From Antedon mediterranea (lineage: Eukaryota > Animalia > Echinodermata), in the NCBI RefSeq assembly GCF_964355755.1, contig NC_092674.1, positions 25,668,001 to 25,732,000 on the forward strand: a stretch of 64,000 nucleotides of DNA. The letters run 5' to 3'. Both the position numbers and the translations under genes were made by a program. Under the pieces are notes generated by a model. The model searched no databases. It had not been told where the DNA came from and was given only the letters and a program-made list of their open reading frames with translations. Each line of letters begins with the position of its first letter. Positions within the stretch are counted from its first letter, which is position 1. Below, piece by piece: positions 49,977 to 63,110 of this stretch.

Positions 49977-50690
49977 CACTTTCACCGCCAGGCATTCAAT
50001 ACAGGAAGTACCCCTCACCGCCAGCCATTTTAGATAAATTTACCTGTTTTTCAAAGCTCATAGCAAAGGTGTTCGTAATCAGAATAACATGCAATATACA
50101 CTCAAATAATGAGATAGAAATAAACTTTCCAATGGTACCAAACACTTTATTGAAATAAAACTGCAATACCACATAATTGTACAAAGAACTTGGCTCACTT
50201 TTAGCACTTTAGGCTCAATCGGAGAACAAAGCAGAGATAATGAGGATTTTAGCCTGGCTGCACCGTCTGTCAGTGTCACGATTCTCAACCTATTCTACAA
50301 ACTAGCCTAGGCCAGGCTAGCTAAATTATCTCCAATTATTTATTAAATTTTATAAACCAGATTTAGGTACAATACCATCATCATCTGGGGATAATAAATA
50401 ATCATTTTCAGAGTCAGAGTCGGCAAATATTTCTGCAATTGTTTCATCCGCCTTGAGCACATTATGTTGTTTACGGATAGGCCAGCTGGGGTCAATGGCA
50501 CTAGGGGTTAATAAAGTATAAAAATATTTGCGGTCCAGATCGATTTGGATGTTGAAATTTCTACATGCGGTCCATATATACCTGATCTAACAAATTGTGC
50601 AATAAAAAGCCAAAGACGGAAATTTCCGTCTTTGGCGGTCTGGCGCTGGGCATTGAAAGACGGAGATTTCCGTCTTTGGCGGTGAAAGTG
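49977..50690. mobile_element. piggyBac-like non-autonomous element nested in a family-1 MITE (about 49905-50789)
   Basis: TTAA|CACTTTCACCGCCA...TGGCGGTGAAAGTG|TTAA with subterminal palindromes aaagacgga-tttccgtcttt. Confidence 0.85.
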
Positions 50691-51811
50691 TTAATATGCT
50701 CAAATATGGCAGTGATATGACATCATCATGTCCATTATGGGCACATCACATTTTTTTGTCACATAAAGTTTGATAGTGTAGACAGAGCTTTAGAATTATT
50801 CTGAATTGACAACTGGGGGGTCTTAAATCTAGGTTAAGTTATTCATTTTACATTCATTAAATTTAATGACAGGCTCTATTATATTATTGAATGGCATATG
50901 GGGGATCTTGGAGCAAGCATAGGGTGGAATTATAATTGAATTATGGGAATATACACAACAGTATGTATTTATGTTTTGCAGCCTCAATGATATTTTAATG
51001 ACAGCTCCTAAAAATACTTAGAATAATGCAGAGTTGACCATGGGGTCTTCAAGGAAGACAGTCTAGGTAGGGGTAGAAATATTTTCTAGCATGGGACTAG
51101 GTCAAATATATAAATTATAATTCATTATTGTACCAACATAAGAAAAAACATTACTGTTAAATTTTGATGGTGAATGTCAAAGCAATTAAATGACCACCGA
51201 ATTGTAGATGGTTATTAGAAGAAGTACACACCTCAGACAACCACGATTTATGCAATTTTGATGGAAAATTAATAATTCTTTTAATTTTCTTACAGAATAC
51301 AACCATTGGTTTTTTTCTTATCAAACGAATTCTAGAAAAAGACCATCAAAATTCAAATGTAAAATAAAACGTAATATTTCCACATTTTATAGAAAAACCA
51401 ATCAACTTCTAGGCATTTAAACAAAGTTATTATTAATAATTTTAGAAATCTAAACCAATATCAGTTTGCAAAGCTATATTTGCAAAACTAAATATACAGT
51501 ATCATCAGGCACAAATGATATACTGTAGTCATAGTATGCTTAATTATAAACATATCATTGTGCACAAAGATAATTAAAAAATGTTGAAGCATATCAGTAA
51601 GAAAGAACACCTGGTTATGAAAAAATGTACAGGTGTACCCCCAAAACCTTATAATAAAGAATAGAGCAAGGTGAAAAGACTATTGAATTTACTATGAGAA
51701 TTGCTACTACAACATAAAAGAGCAGATGTTATTACACAGTACTTCACTTTGTATCATTTGATATCAAAAATACATTCTCTATTGTATAAATAAAATAGTT
51801 GTATTTTTTAA

Positions 51812-52346
51812 ATGTTTTAATCTTCTCAAAGTCTCCGATATCAATCTAACCCAACAAGGCTCGTTCATCTTTTCTTCTATTAATTCCAACCTTCCCAAAC
51901 ATCTCTGCTCCATGTTCACTCCAAATTCTTCAATTCATTATCATAATACCCGTATTTGTTCAAAATTACATATTCCATCGCATAAAACCAACCACTTTCA
52001 ACACAACATTAGGTATTCCGGACCCACTTTTTGGAACGATCTGCCACTCCCCATCTTAAACTCTGTTTCTAGTAAATCATTTTTATCTAAACTTAAAAGT
52101 CACCTTATTGCCAAATATTAACTTTTCCTCGGTCAATTTTTTTTATTTATTTATTTTTTTATTTTATATTATAAATTTTCATTGTCTGTGTCTGTAATAG
52201 GTACGTCCTCCACAAGATGTGTTTTTCATCTTTCTGGGCGTGTACCTTCTTCTTTCGAAATTTTGTTTACATATTTATTGATCACTGAAATCTATTTTGT
52301 ATATGAAAGGAGAAAATAAATGTTGCTTTGAATTGAATTGAATTGA
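51812..52346 (+). mobile_element. 5'-truncated L2/CR1-group LINE (ORF2 C-terminus plus 3' UTR)
   Basis: HYHNTR...IRYSGPTFWNDLP...FLSKLKSHL* followed by AATAAA and a (TTGAA)n tail. Confidence 0.8.
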
Positions 52347-52365
52347 GGTATAAGTTAGTATTAGA

Positions 52366-52853
52366 ATACTATACACTTATATACCTATTCTACTTGTAGT
52401 ACTGTATCTAAATGCCTTAATATTACTTTACCGTGCATCATTTGATAAAGTATCAAAAATACATTTTCAATGCAGTATAAACAAACTAATTGTATTTTTA
52501 AAATGTTAATACTATACACTTATACCTATTCTACTTGTAGTACTGTATCTAAATGCCTTATTACTTTACTGTGCATCATTTGATAAAGTTGGAAAAATAC
52601 ATTTTCAATGCAGTAAAACAAACTAGTTGTATTTTTAAAATGTTAATACTATACACTTACAGTTACACCTATATTATTTCTTCTTTGTAGTACTGTATCT
52701 AAATACTTCATTACTTTACCTTGCATCATTTGATAAAGTATCAAAAATACATTTTCAATGTAGTATGGAAACAAACTAGTTGTATTTTTAAAATGTTAAT
52801 ACTATACACTTACCTATACTATTTCTACTTGTTGTATAGTAGTACAGTATCTA
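52366..52853. repeat. ~140-bp tandem repeat, about 3.5 copies, with a related unit at 51730-51815
   Basis: Recurring aatactatacactta...tagtactgtatctaaat...tgcatcatttgataaag...ttgtatttttaaaatgtt. Confidence 0.92.
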
Positions 52854-54988
52854 ATCTTTCAAGTTTGATTCTAATGTAAAGGAATCCAGGAAAATAGCAC
52901 ACTTGATAGCAGACTTGACAATTAAATTATCTCTATAATAACAAACCGGCGAGAGCAGCATTTCACAACATGAATGAGAGCAAATCGTTTTTAGCGTGCC
53001 GACTATGACGACGATGACATGTGTGATGTTTGCATCAACAGACTTTAGCTGAATATGTTATCCAGGGGATACTGTTGCCTAATGGCTATGTGTGTAATGA
53101 TCCTAGAGAATTTAACTAGTAGAATAGAGTATTAGACTTGCATGCCATTTCACTACATGTCAAAGTAACTGTTTTTTATATGAAGCAGTCACAATAAATA
53201 ATTCACATATTTACGTATGCTTCAAATCACCTGCTTGCATTTAAACTGTATGACAGTACACAATACAAAGTGACAAATTCATACATTTAAAGATAAAATA
53301 CACTTAATTTCTCATCAATTATTAAGTAATTTTAACCTTGTTTGTACCTTTTTCCAAATTAATTTAGGAACGTTAATTTCTTTGTGTAAAAATAAATCAT
53401 ATTTTTCTTTTTTTATTTATTATTAAAATTCTAATGAATTTTATTGTTTTTATATTTTTACAAAAATGTATGTATATAATATATTTGTATAAGGTACCGT
53501 ACAGTATAACAGAATGAATATTGTGGGTGACCCTCACAAAAGAGAAAACAAAAATAAAAACAACATTTAATAACAAAAATACACCAAGAGGAAACGATGG
53601 GTCAATGGCCAAACACAGAAGTGGGAACCTCAAGTTTTTTGCACTTTTCGGAAAGGTAAGATTTCTGCGGAATAGTACTTATTCAGTAAATGTAGATAAC
53701 ATGTTTCCTCAACAGGAAGGGGAGCATTTAATTTCACAAATTGTAATGCAAAAGATAGGACATCAAATTAACCTCAGCCCTTAATTTCACCCTTTTCAAA
53801 TTCCTGGATCCACCAATATTCATGGAAAGTATTTTTATGGCAATTTTCCTAATTGAAACCAATAAACTTGTGCTCAATTGTTATCAAACAGAAGATTACA
53901 AATCGAGTAATTAAGGAGGGAGACTTTATACAAAACATGTTATCAAAGAATACAAACGATATATAATTAGTACAAGTGAAAGAATTCATGACACCTTACA
54001 ATGATTCATAGACATGTCTTCATCTTGCCATTATAAACAAATTTAAATTTATTGAAATACTGTAGGAATTCAGTTATAAGCCCTCATGCATTATATATAA
54101 CCCTACCTTAAAATCTGAAGTTACAAAGATACCACACAAGCCATATTCTAACTGTGAATAAGAATTTATTTAAGATATTTATTGAAGAAATCCACAATAG
54201 GAGCTTTTCAATTCGCATCGACCAATATCAATTGATGTGTTGTCGGTCAGTGTCTGTATTTATGAGTTTATCTCTCTCTACACTATCAAAATAGTGTGAC
54301 AAAAAGTGTGATACTGTATGTCCAAATATGGCAGTGATATGCCTAAATATGGTAGTGATATGACATCATCATGTCGATATATGGAAACATCACATTTTTT
54401 TGTCACATAATGTTTGATAGTGTAGATTCAGTAGAGCTTCAGAGAATGGAAAAAAAATAAAATTTGCAAGTTTAAACCTATGCGTAAGAATACACTGAGT
54501 TACATGAGTTATGTTTTAAGGCTAATAGACACAGTCGTGTACTCTTTAACACTATGCTTACTCTTAATGACGTCAATCCCTGCGTTTTGGATTATAATGT
54601 GTTGTTTAAGTAGACAGTAGTAATAAATGGATTTAGTAATGATCTTTTATCAAGCCCCACAGGCTTGTATTCTAGTATAATTAAAGTAGGTACTATACGA
54701 GCAAGCATAGCTTTACTGCAAAGTGTACTATACAAACATGCGTAAGATGTAATGTTTTATCTTATTTACAAATTAGTTAATCTTGCTTGAACTACAATCA
54801 ATATTAAATACTAGTGGTTCGATGGTTCAGCATCTGTACTGTACATCATGCAATGAGCTTCAGTTCAAGTCTTGGTTGCAGTGACTTGTTTACTCTAGCT
54901 AAAATAGATTTTTTTAGACCTATTGGATTAATTTTTTTTAAATATCACTGAAGAAAATAAACATTTACACTATTATTAATATTATTAA

Positions 54989-55297
54989 GGGGGCACGTGG
55001 CGCAGTGTGTTGGATTTTGGACTACTGATCGTAAGATCGAGATTCAACTCAACAAGCATTGCTTGTATCTGTAGGCAAGATACTTTACTTTTACGTTTTC
55101 CTCTCTCCACCCAGGTGTATAAATGGGTACCCGGTTAGATCAAGACACAACTTTGCGCTGATTACTAGCTGCATTATGGGAGCATGTTTCCATACGTGTT
55201 TGATAAAAAAAAAAAATGACTGGGGTAATATTGTTCAGCGCTTAGAGGTTTCACAACATTAGGCGCTATATAAATCCAGGATATTTATTATTATTAT
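54989..55297 (+). mobile_element. tRNA-derived SINE family A (full length)
   Basis: ggggcacgtggcgcagtg head; central ggcaagatacttt...ctctccacccaggtgtataaatgggtacc; tail agcgcttagag...ggcgctatataaat...(TTA)n. Confidence 0.85.
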
Positions 55298-55601
55298 TTC
55301 TGAAAAAATCCCTTTAATATCACAAGAATCTACTTACACAAACTCTTAGTATGTGTCAATTATATATTACAGTCACTATTATTAGTTTTACGCCGATCAT
55401 AGATATTTGATATAATCATTAACACAACATAGGAGTAGATGTTTAGTAACTGTTAGCATATGGATTACATAATACTTAATAGTATCAAGTTACCAATAGC
55501 AATAACAAAAGATCAATAGTTACAGTAGCTATTCAAAATGATATAAAATTGCTGTAAGAGCATGAACAACCTCACATAATAAATATTCTCTATAAACTCA
55601 C

Positions 55602-55645
<44 letters not shown>
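55602..55645. repeat. (TAA)n microsatellite
   Basis: About 14 perfect units. Confidence 0.95.
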
Positions 55646-56515
55646 TTATTAGGAAATGACACCTTTGCATCAGTGGCACACACAGAAGTGGTGCATCCAA
55701 TTTAACATAATGCATCAAAACAATACATTATATGACGGATACAGGTTCTTAAACTATTTGCAAAAATATAAAAGAAAAATTATTACCAACATGGTAATAT
55801 AGGTACCGTATTAAATTGTCCTACAGTATCATAGGTTTGAGTTGATAATTTTAAAAGGTATATAAAAATAAACATAAAATATAGTAAAGAGTTTACAATA
55901 CAAACCATTGTGTTTCAACATCAGGTACTGAAGACCTATAGTTGTTATCACAGGTGTATAATATTTACAAATCTAAATACAAATGAAAAACAATCTATAT
56001 ATTGGGAGATTTAAGTTCTGACCGTTTCTCCCATGCAGCTCTTGTGTATTGTTTACAAAACAAATCAAAATCAAATCACAGTAATGTATATTTGAACAAT
56101 TATTGTCTGGTGTATGAAAGCAAAAAAATAGTAATTTAATAAATTTGAAAATGCCAGCATCTGATGGAAAGTGCTAATGTTAATGTTACAGTCTGAAATT
56201 GAGAGTTAACATTTACTTAAATGAACAAAGATAAGATATACTTGAAACTCTATGTTTTTCATGAAATCATTTTTTGTTTTTGTTTTTTTTGGGGTTTTTT
56301 TTTGTATAGTTTTTTTTAATCATATTCATATGTACTGTAAATGATAACTTGTGTAAATGGTTTTGTAGTAAGTAACGGCCTTGTGAAAAACACAAATCTG
56401 GTGATTCAAGTGTTGCATTCATTTTTAAATTAAGTTTTTATTATTATTATTATTATTACTTACAGTACTTCTACAACCTATAGGAGTTATATCGGATTTA
56501 AACAACATGGATAAA

Positions 56516-56838
56516 GGCTCATTTACACTAGGACAATAACGATCGACGATAAATAGTGAAGAATGCATTTTTCTTAGAAACAAAAGAAATTAGAACAATT
56601 TTCAAATGACGTCATTATTGATAAAAACGATAAAATCGTTGTATTGTCACGATAGATATTATTGATCTTATCAATTTCATGAAGTCATTTGATTGGACGT
56701 GTAAAAATATCATTATTTTCATCAAAGGAAGCATACTGTAGATGGTTATCCTATAGTTATAAGATGAAAACTTGTCCGATTTCTTTGGATTTATGTATGA
56801 AAAATACATATTTATTTATTATATGTGTAAATGGGCCT
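56516..56838. mobile_element. Harbinger-like MITE
   Basis: aggctcatttacac...gtgtaaatgggcct termini. Confidence 0.6.
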
Positions 56839-57208
56839 TTAAAATTAACCTAAGGTATCACATATTCTACCAAACTTCTGAGATCTGTAGCTACCATTTG
56901 CACATGGCTTTAACCCTGTGCGTTTTGTCATTATTGAATCATAATAAATGTTCAACTTGAAACACTTTCTTCAAATGGACATATGGGAGCTTTAATGTCC
57001 ATCTGATCAACATTCAATATTGATTTCGTACATATTGACGTTTCAACACAAAGATTATACATTCAAATTACAATAGGTAAATTCCAAGTGACATTTTAAT
57101 AACAGGAGATCATATTGATGTTGAATATGACATGCAGAAAACTATAGATAATATATATTTGGATTGAATTACGTTTTTCTAACAACAGATCTTTGAACAA
57201 AAACTAAA

Positions 57209-57360
57209 AGCTCTGTCTACACTATCAAACTTTCTGTGACAAAAAAAATGCCCATATATGGATATAATTTCATATCACTACCGTATTTAGACATATCGCT
57301 ACCATATTTGGGCACATCACACTTTTTTTTTCAAACTAGTTTGATAGCGTAGACAAAGCT
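57209..57360. mobile_element. MITE family 1
   Basis: Full TIRs. Confidence 0.82.
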
Positions 57361-57499
57361 TAGGAGGGGAGGGAAGATTTATTATTGTAATTAAATTTAT
57401 TAGTGTAGGCGAAAAAGATTAATTTATAATAATCAATGATAAATTTAATGGAAGGGGGAGGAAATTCATTGAGGAAAAATGTTTATATTTTTTTATTTC

Positions 57500-57695
57500 A
57501 TACGCATCCAACAGGGAGTAACTCGCCAATTACAGGATGGATAAACTATTTAATAAATTATCATGCTTATAAACTAAGTCTCATTTGAAGCTTAGGGAGA
57601 AAGATTCGTGCGTTACAACCCTGGAACTAGGTCAGGTTTAAACTCTACCTTAGGATTGGAAAGCAAGCATGGTAACCACCAAGCTATAGCTCCAC
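57500..57695 (-). mobile_element. tRNA-derived SINE family B
   Basis: Collinear with the copy at 21060-21280. Confidence 0.8.
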
Positions 57696-60429
57696 TATGT
57701 TGTTTTATAATGAAATTGAAATAAATTGCTTTCACAGACTTCTATCATTATTCAAGTTGCTTGTCCGTAAAATAAGTAGTGTTATGTTAGCATACAATAT
57801 CGTTAGATTGAAGTAAAACATGTACAAGAATTGTATTGCTGAAAACCGACAATACATGACTGCTTTCACGGCAGCAATAAACAGCTTTGAACGCCTTGAT
57901 GGTAGACATCAAAGGAATTTAATTGACACTCATAAAAGATGATGAATGTATAGAGGTTATAATTTGAACAATTATGATGACATTGTGGTTTAAAGAGATG
58001 AAACATTCAACACCTAGGACTGACTGATCTGAAACTTTGTAATTAAGTTTTAAATAGAAGAAACCAGCTTGTAGTTAGCCCATGGGGAGTACTATGACGT
58101 CACGGGTCAAATTTCTTTTTGTAAATGTAATGCAAGATCAAGACTATTACAGTCTATACAAATGTAATCAAGTTTAAAAATCTGAAAATAAATATCACTA
58201 AATAAAAATGAACAAAACGTTAATTCTCTAAAACAAAAAATCATTAATAATAACCCCCTTTTTACAAGTGCAAGTGCGTCTATGGTTTTAGAATAAGAGT
58301 TTTGAATAGTGAAAATTGGTGTACTATAACTATTTCTGTTACGATCTTCAAATCTCTAGAACACGTACCGGTATATGGAAGAACATTTTGATTTAGTGTG
58401 ATTTTCCGTTTGTTTTGTTTGTTGTATATGGAATTTTTATTCTGAAATAGTGATCAATCAATCAATAACATCTAATATTAATTATCACAATATGGTGATC
58501 TAAATTAAATTGAATTATGTTGTAAAGTAGAATCCATATCTGGAACAGCCCTATTCAAGGCCCGACATTCCTATTTCATTTCATTTTCAAATAAACAGTT
58601 ATTTTCTTCCTTCAACATAATTGGTGATGCCACCATTTTGGAAATAAATGTTAATTTTGATTGATGATATAAAACAAAGTAAACAAATTAGGAGTAGGCC
58701 TACATTTTAAAATGACTGTGAAAGTAGGGAGGAATCAATTAAAGGAATAAGCTAGATGTCCTACAAGGTAAACATCTTGAGTTGGGCCAGCCTAAACAAA
58801 CAAGAGAGCAATATAAAAAAGGGGAAAAATTCCTATAACACAGAGAAAACATGAAGAAATGAGAAAATATGAGAAATATGCGAAATATATGTTGACAAAT
58901 ATACATTGACAAACCTGTAACTAATGGACACGCCTATTAAGGAGAAACTTTGTTTAGTCCTGATGGTGTCCCCCTAATAGAGGTTTTTCTACTGTATTCC
59001 ATTTTAAAATCATAGGTTATCTTTAAAACGATTGTGATGGTATTCAACCAAACCAACATCAATCCATGAGCAGATGTTACCATAATATAACATTTTTGAA
59101 CGTGAAAGAAAAAGTTAAGACACAATATATTACCCATATAGCCTACTTTTCTATGCTACATTTATGCCTTATAGGCAAAACACAGATTGAATACCTACAG
59201 TACTGATTATCTTTCAATACAATCAACCAATCGGTCGCCCTAAGTCTTATTAATAGTTATGAACATTCATTATCTGATGGTTACAACATTTATTATACCT
59301 CTCTATAAATATTAAAGATGATTTATTAAAATTGCTATTTTATTGGGACAATATTGCGACTACAGAATACAAAGGAAAACAAGGCCACTTTGATTAAGGC
59401 AATTTAACAACAGTATGCTGAGCTCTGGTGATCAAAGGGTTTATCTGTGGCTGCGACATGATCAGTTCCCTGCCCATAAACAGACACTGCGCGACGCAGA
59501 GAATATGTACATAGTACTGTACTATTAGTATTTGTTGCAGCCAGACATAAGATCAAAGAACTGTTACAAGTTCCTTTCTTGGCAAGGCAAGCTCAGTGTC
59601 CATGATTGCTTGGCTTTGAATGGCTGGAACATTTTAATAGCATACCTTTATTGTACTTTAAACCTCATTAGTTCAAGAAATATTCAAAATGAAAATCCAA
59701 TATCATAATACTGTATTAAAAAAAATCAGGAAAATAATATACTATATTACTGTAATATTATTAATGTAAAATATCTGATATTGATTTATATTTTATGAAG
59801 TTTATTTAAAATTTATATTTAATTAAAAATATTATATTTATTTTAAAGTAGTTATTGATTTTTAATATTATTAAATTAAAAAAACATTTTAAAGTAAAAT
59901 TATATATTCATAAACAATTGATTAATAAACAAATAATTATTTAATAATTAAAATGTGATTCATTAATAAATATACAATGTTGTTTGTTCATATTGTATTA
60001 AATATAGTTTTGTTATATTATGAGTTTGAATTTATTTAACAAATGTTTGGAAATTTATATTATCAAAACTAATAAAAAATTCTAATACTTGGAATGTACT
60101 ATAGATTGTTAGCAACTAAATGCAATGTTGATTCATAATCTTACTGTACAGTTTAAGTATGACTGCTGTTATTGCAAGAGAAGAGAGCTGTAGTTTACAA
60201 GAGACACACAAGGGTACGGGGAGCATAAATAAATCACATTCATTCTTCACAAAATAAACTTCTACGACTGTGTAGCACATGAAACCTTTAAACTTATTAT
60301 AAACATTTACATATAAATAGCTGCAAGCACTCTGTTATTGATGTACTGTATAGTCGTAACTACTCTAGTATAATTTATCTTTTTTTTTAAATTAAAGAAT
60401 TCACGAAAAGACAAAGTTAAACTAGGTAC

Positions 60430-60648
60430 ATAATTTTACTCTGGTCATTTTTGGATCAAAAGATACTAAAATAACGAAGCTAGTAGAAATCAGTGCAAAG
60501 TTATGTCTTGACCTATTAGGTACCCATTTGTACACCTAGGTGGAGAGAGGCAAACATGCATGTCTTGCTTGAGGATACAAACAATGTGACGAGCGTTGGA
60601 TTCGAACTCTGGATCAGCAGTTAAACGCACTGTACCACACGCCCTTGC
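60430..60648 (-). mobile_element. tRNA-derived SINE family A (diverged)
   Basis: gtacccatttgtacacctaggtggagagaggcaaac...ggattcgaact. Confidence 0.75.
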
Positions 60649-61976
60649 ATTAAAACAAATCATATTGAAAGTAATACATACCAATACTACAGAAGGTTAT
60701 AGTTGATGAGTTAAATTGCATATAAAAAAAAAAAATATAAATTACCGATATGCAATCAATTTGAAGATTATTCAAATGTATAATACGAATTGTAACACCC
60801 ACACAGACTTCAATATAAAGAAATCAGCCTCTTAAAGAAATCGACCAATCAAAACTAGTAGATTTTATAACAGCAGTTGTATCTGGAATTGTAATAGTAC
60901 AGTAGAGCTGGAGCCGAGTCGGTAGAGCAGAACCAAAGTATTTGATGTTTTGATTTCCATGCCAGCACCTTTCCACATTTAAATCTTTAAATTGTTTAAT
61001 GTTGAAGCCATGAATATTTTAATTTAGAAATGGAAACGAACGATAAACCATCAGGTCGTATACATAAAGGTTACAGAAAAAACATTGAGATTTTGTGTGT
61101 ATGTGTAGTAAACATACGATCATTGAAAGACAATAAGCTATGCTATGCTATAATCAATCCATAGTATCATAACAAAAATAATATAAACAGAAATCAAAAA
61201 CGCTTCAATTCAAAACATCAAAGGCACATCCATGGCGAAATTAATCAAAAGAATTTCAAATGATGCATTATGAGTACCAGCAGTTATCAAAAAAGATGTC
61301 ATGGCCTCTAATTAAAGACCATTTAGAGACAAATATGTAACCATAGCAAAACAAGTTAATCATAATTCCTATGCATCATATATGCAAATTCGACAATAAA
61401 GAAAAAGGTCAATTTCTGCAAACATTCATTCATTCATCAGTGAAAACTACTTCCATTTATTGTCAATTGCATATAAAATATACATAGAAATTATGTTTGC
61501 TCTGAGATACACAAAAACAGAAAAATGAAAAACTAACAAAACATTTATAAAGTGAGTTTCGCCGTAGCCATCATGAGGCGGACGCTGAAATGTTCACTAA
61601 ACACAGCTTGTATTTTGTATACTAGTCTTTTAATAATTATATTTGTCTTTGCATCCGTCTATTTTTAAGCTCTCGCTATGGCCCTAGAGGAGGAAAAAAG
61701 CCACCCTAATAACTTCTTTAAATATTTTTTAGACACTACTATTCTAATGATATTCTCGTTGGATTGGTCAATTTAAAAAATGGCGGGTGACAAACTTGAA
61801 TAAAAGCAAGTACAATAAAAATGTTTTCATCCGCGAGACGTTTTTTTTTTTCGTACACAAAAATGTTTCAAAAAGTACTATTAAACGATCGTTTAATAGT
61901 GCGTACTATTGCACGCCATGTGACCCACAATCGTCCAATCAAATGACAGGAATTTATTTAGGTGTTGTATAATACA

Positions 61977-62887
61977 AGGCCTTTTCACACAGAACTTCGG
62001 CAATATTGCGGTAAGCAAGCCGGCGTTATTGCCGGTCTAAACCCATTCACACAGAAGGTAATATTACGGTAATTTTACCGTCTTCTGTGTGAAAGGCCAC
62101 AGTGGAAAGGCGCAATATTTAAAGATTACTGTCTTCATAAAATAGAGGTCGCACTTTTTGAGAAAAGAAAATGGCGGGCACCTGCACAAAACATGCCATG
62201 CGCGCACATGTTTGCTGATGTTGTTTTGTGTGTCCGTCGTTTAGTTTTTTTATTTACGATGCATAAAATCTATATTTTTGCCCAACACCACTCCGTGCTA
62301 ATAACTGCCCGATCGTGATGGCCATTCTACAGAAACAAAATCTATTAGGCCTACAAATAGACGCGAATTTAATTATCAGAAGCTGTTATGAGCTAGCACC
62401 GGGAGCGCGCACCGGAGGATGTTCCTGCTAGAACTATGCTAACTAGGGCCTAGGCTTACGTACGTTACAGCAAGTTAAATAATCTTTGGACCAACATCTG
62501 TTATATTTTTATTATTATTGGCCGTATTCTTCCATTGTATTATTTACAAACTAACCTAAAAATATATAATATAATAGATATAATCTAATAATTTGGCCTA
62601 AAGTAATTGCCACAGTCTTTCTCAATCAAGGAAAATGTCCCCAATTTATCCTTGCTCAAAGAATATATATTCTTTGCCTTGCTTCACTGCGTAAGCAGGC
62701 GTTATATCGTGGACTCTTTCACACAGATCAGGCTTACGACCGTGACGGTAATATTACCGCAATTTTACTAGGTCCAGAGGCGGTCTAACGGAAGCCGGCA
62801 TTAAGGGGTTTTTACCCTTTCACACATAAGCCGGCGTTCGCGAATTACCGCAATATTACCGTCTTACAGCTCTGTGTGAAAGGGGCT
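61977..62887. mobile_element. Non-autonomous PIF/Harbinger-like DNA transposon (about 910 bp)
   Basis: ACA|AGGCCTTTTCACACAGA...TCTGTGTGAAAGGGGCT|ACA (3-bp TSD), with subterminal ttcacaca and aatattaccg repeats. Confidence 0.8.
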
Positions 62888-63072
62888 ACAGATTAAACAA
62901 TGTGTCCCATATTTTGCAGGCTCATATCATGTTCACAGGAATTTTGGGATCAAAATCTGACAGATTTGGTCTACTACAAATTACTGTAGAAACTTATTAA
63001 AGCTTTTGTATAGTACTGAACCTGAATTTTATGTTTATGACAGAAAAGAAGTCTTTTGGAAGATGGTCTTAC

Positions 63073-63110
63073 TTGGAGGTTGTTATGAAAGAAAACATCA
63101 TGGACTTCAT
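63073..63110 (-). CDS. Candidate PDE2 first or alternative exon
   Basis: ATG AAG TCC ATG...TCC AA|gtaaga is a strong phase-2 donor compatible with the 58-nt candidate exon. No homology support. Confidence 0.25.

Noticed and set aside
49996-50184. ORF ending FEKQ|gtaaat that would fit in phase before the IAVCIERL exon
   Set aside because: It lies inside the piggyBac-like element, with no convincing acceptor or homology
61553-61585. Hammerhead-ribozyme-like string on the minus strand (CTCATGAtggctacggcGAAAc)
   Set aside because: The core reads CTCATGA rather than CTGATGA, stem II does not pair properly, and no stem III or NUH cleavage site is evident
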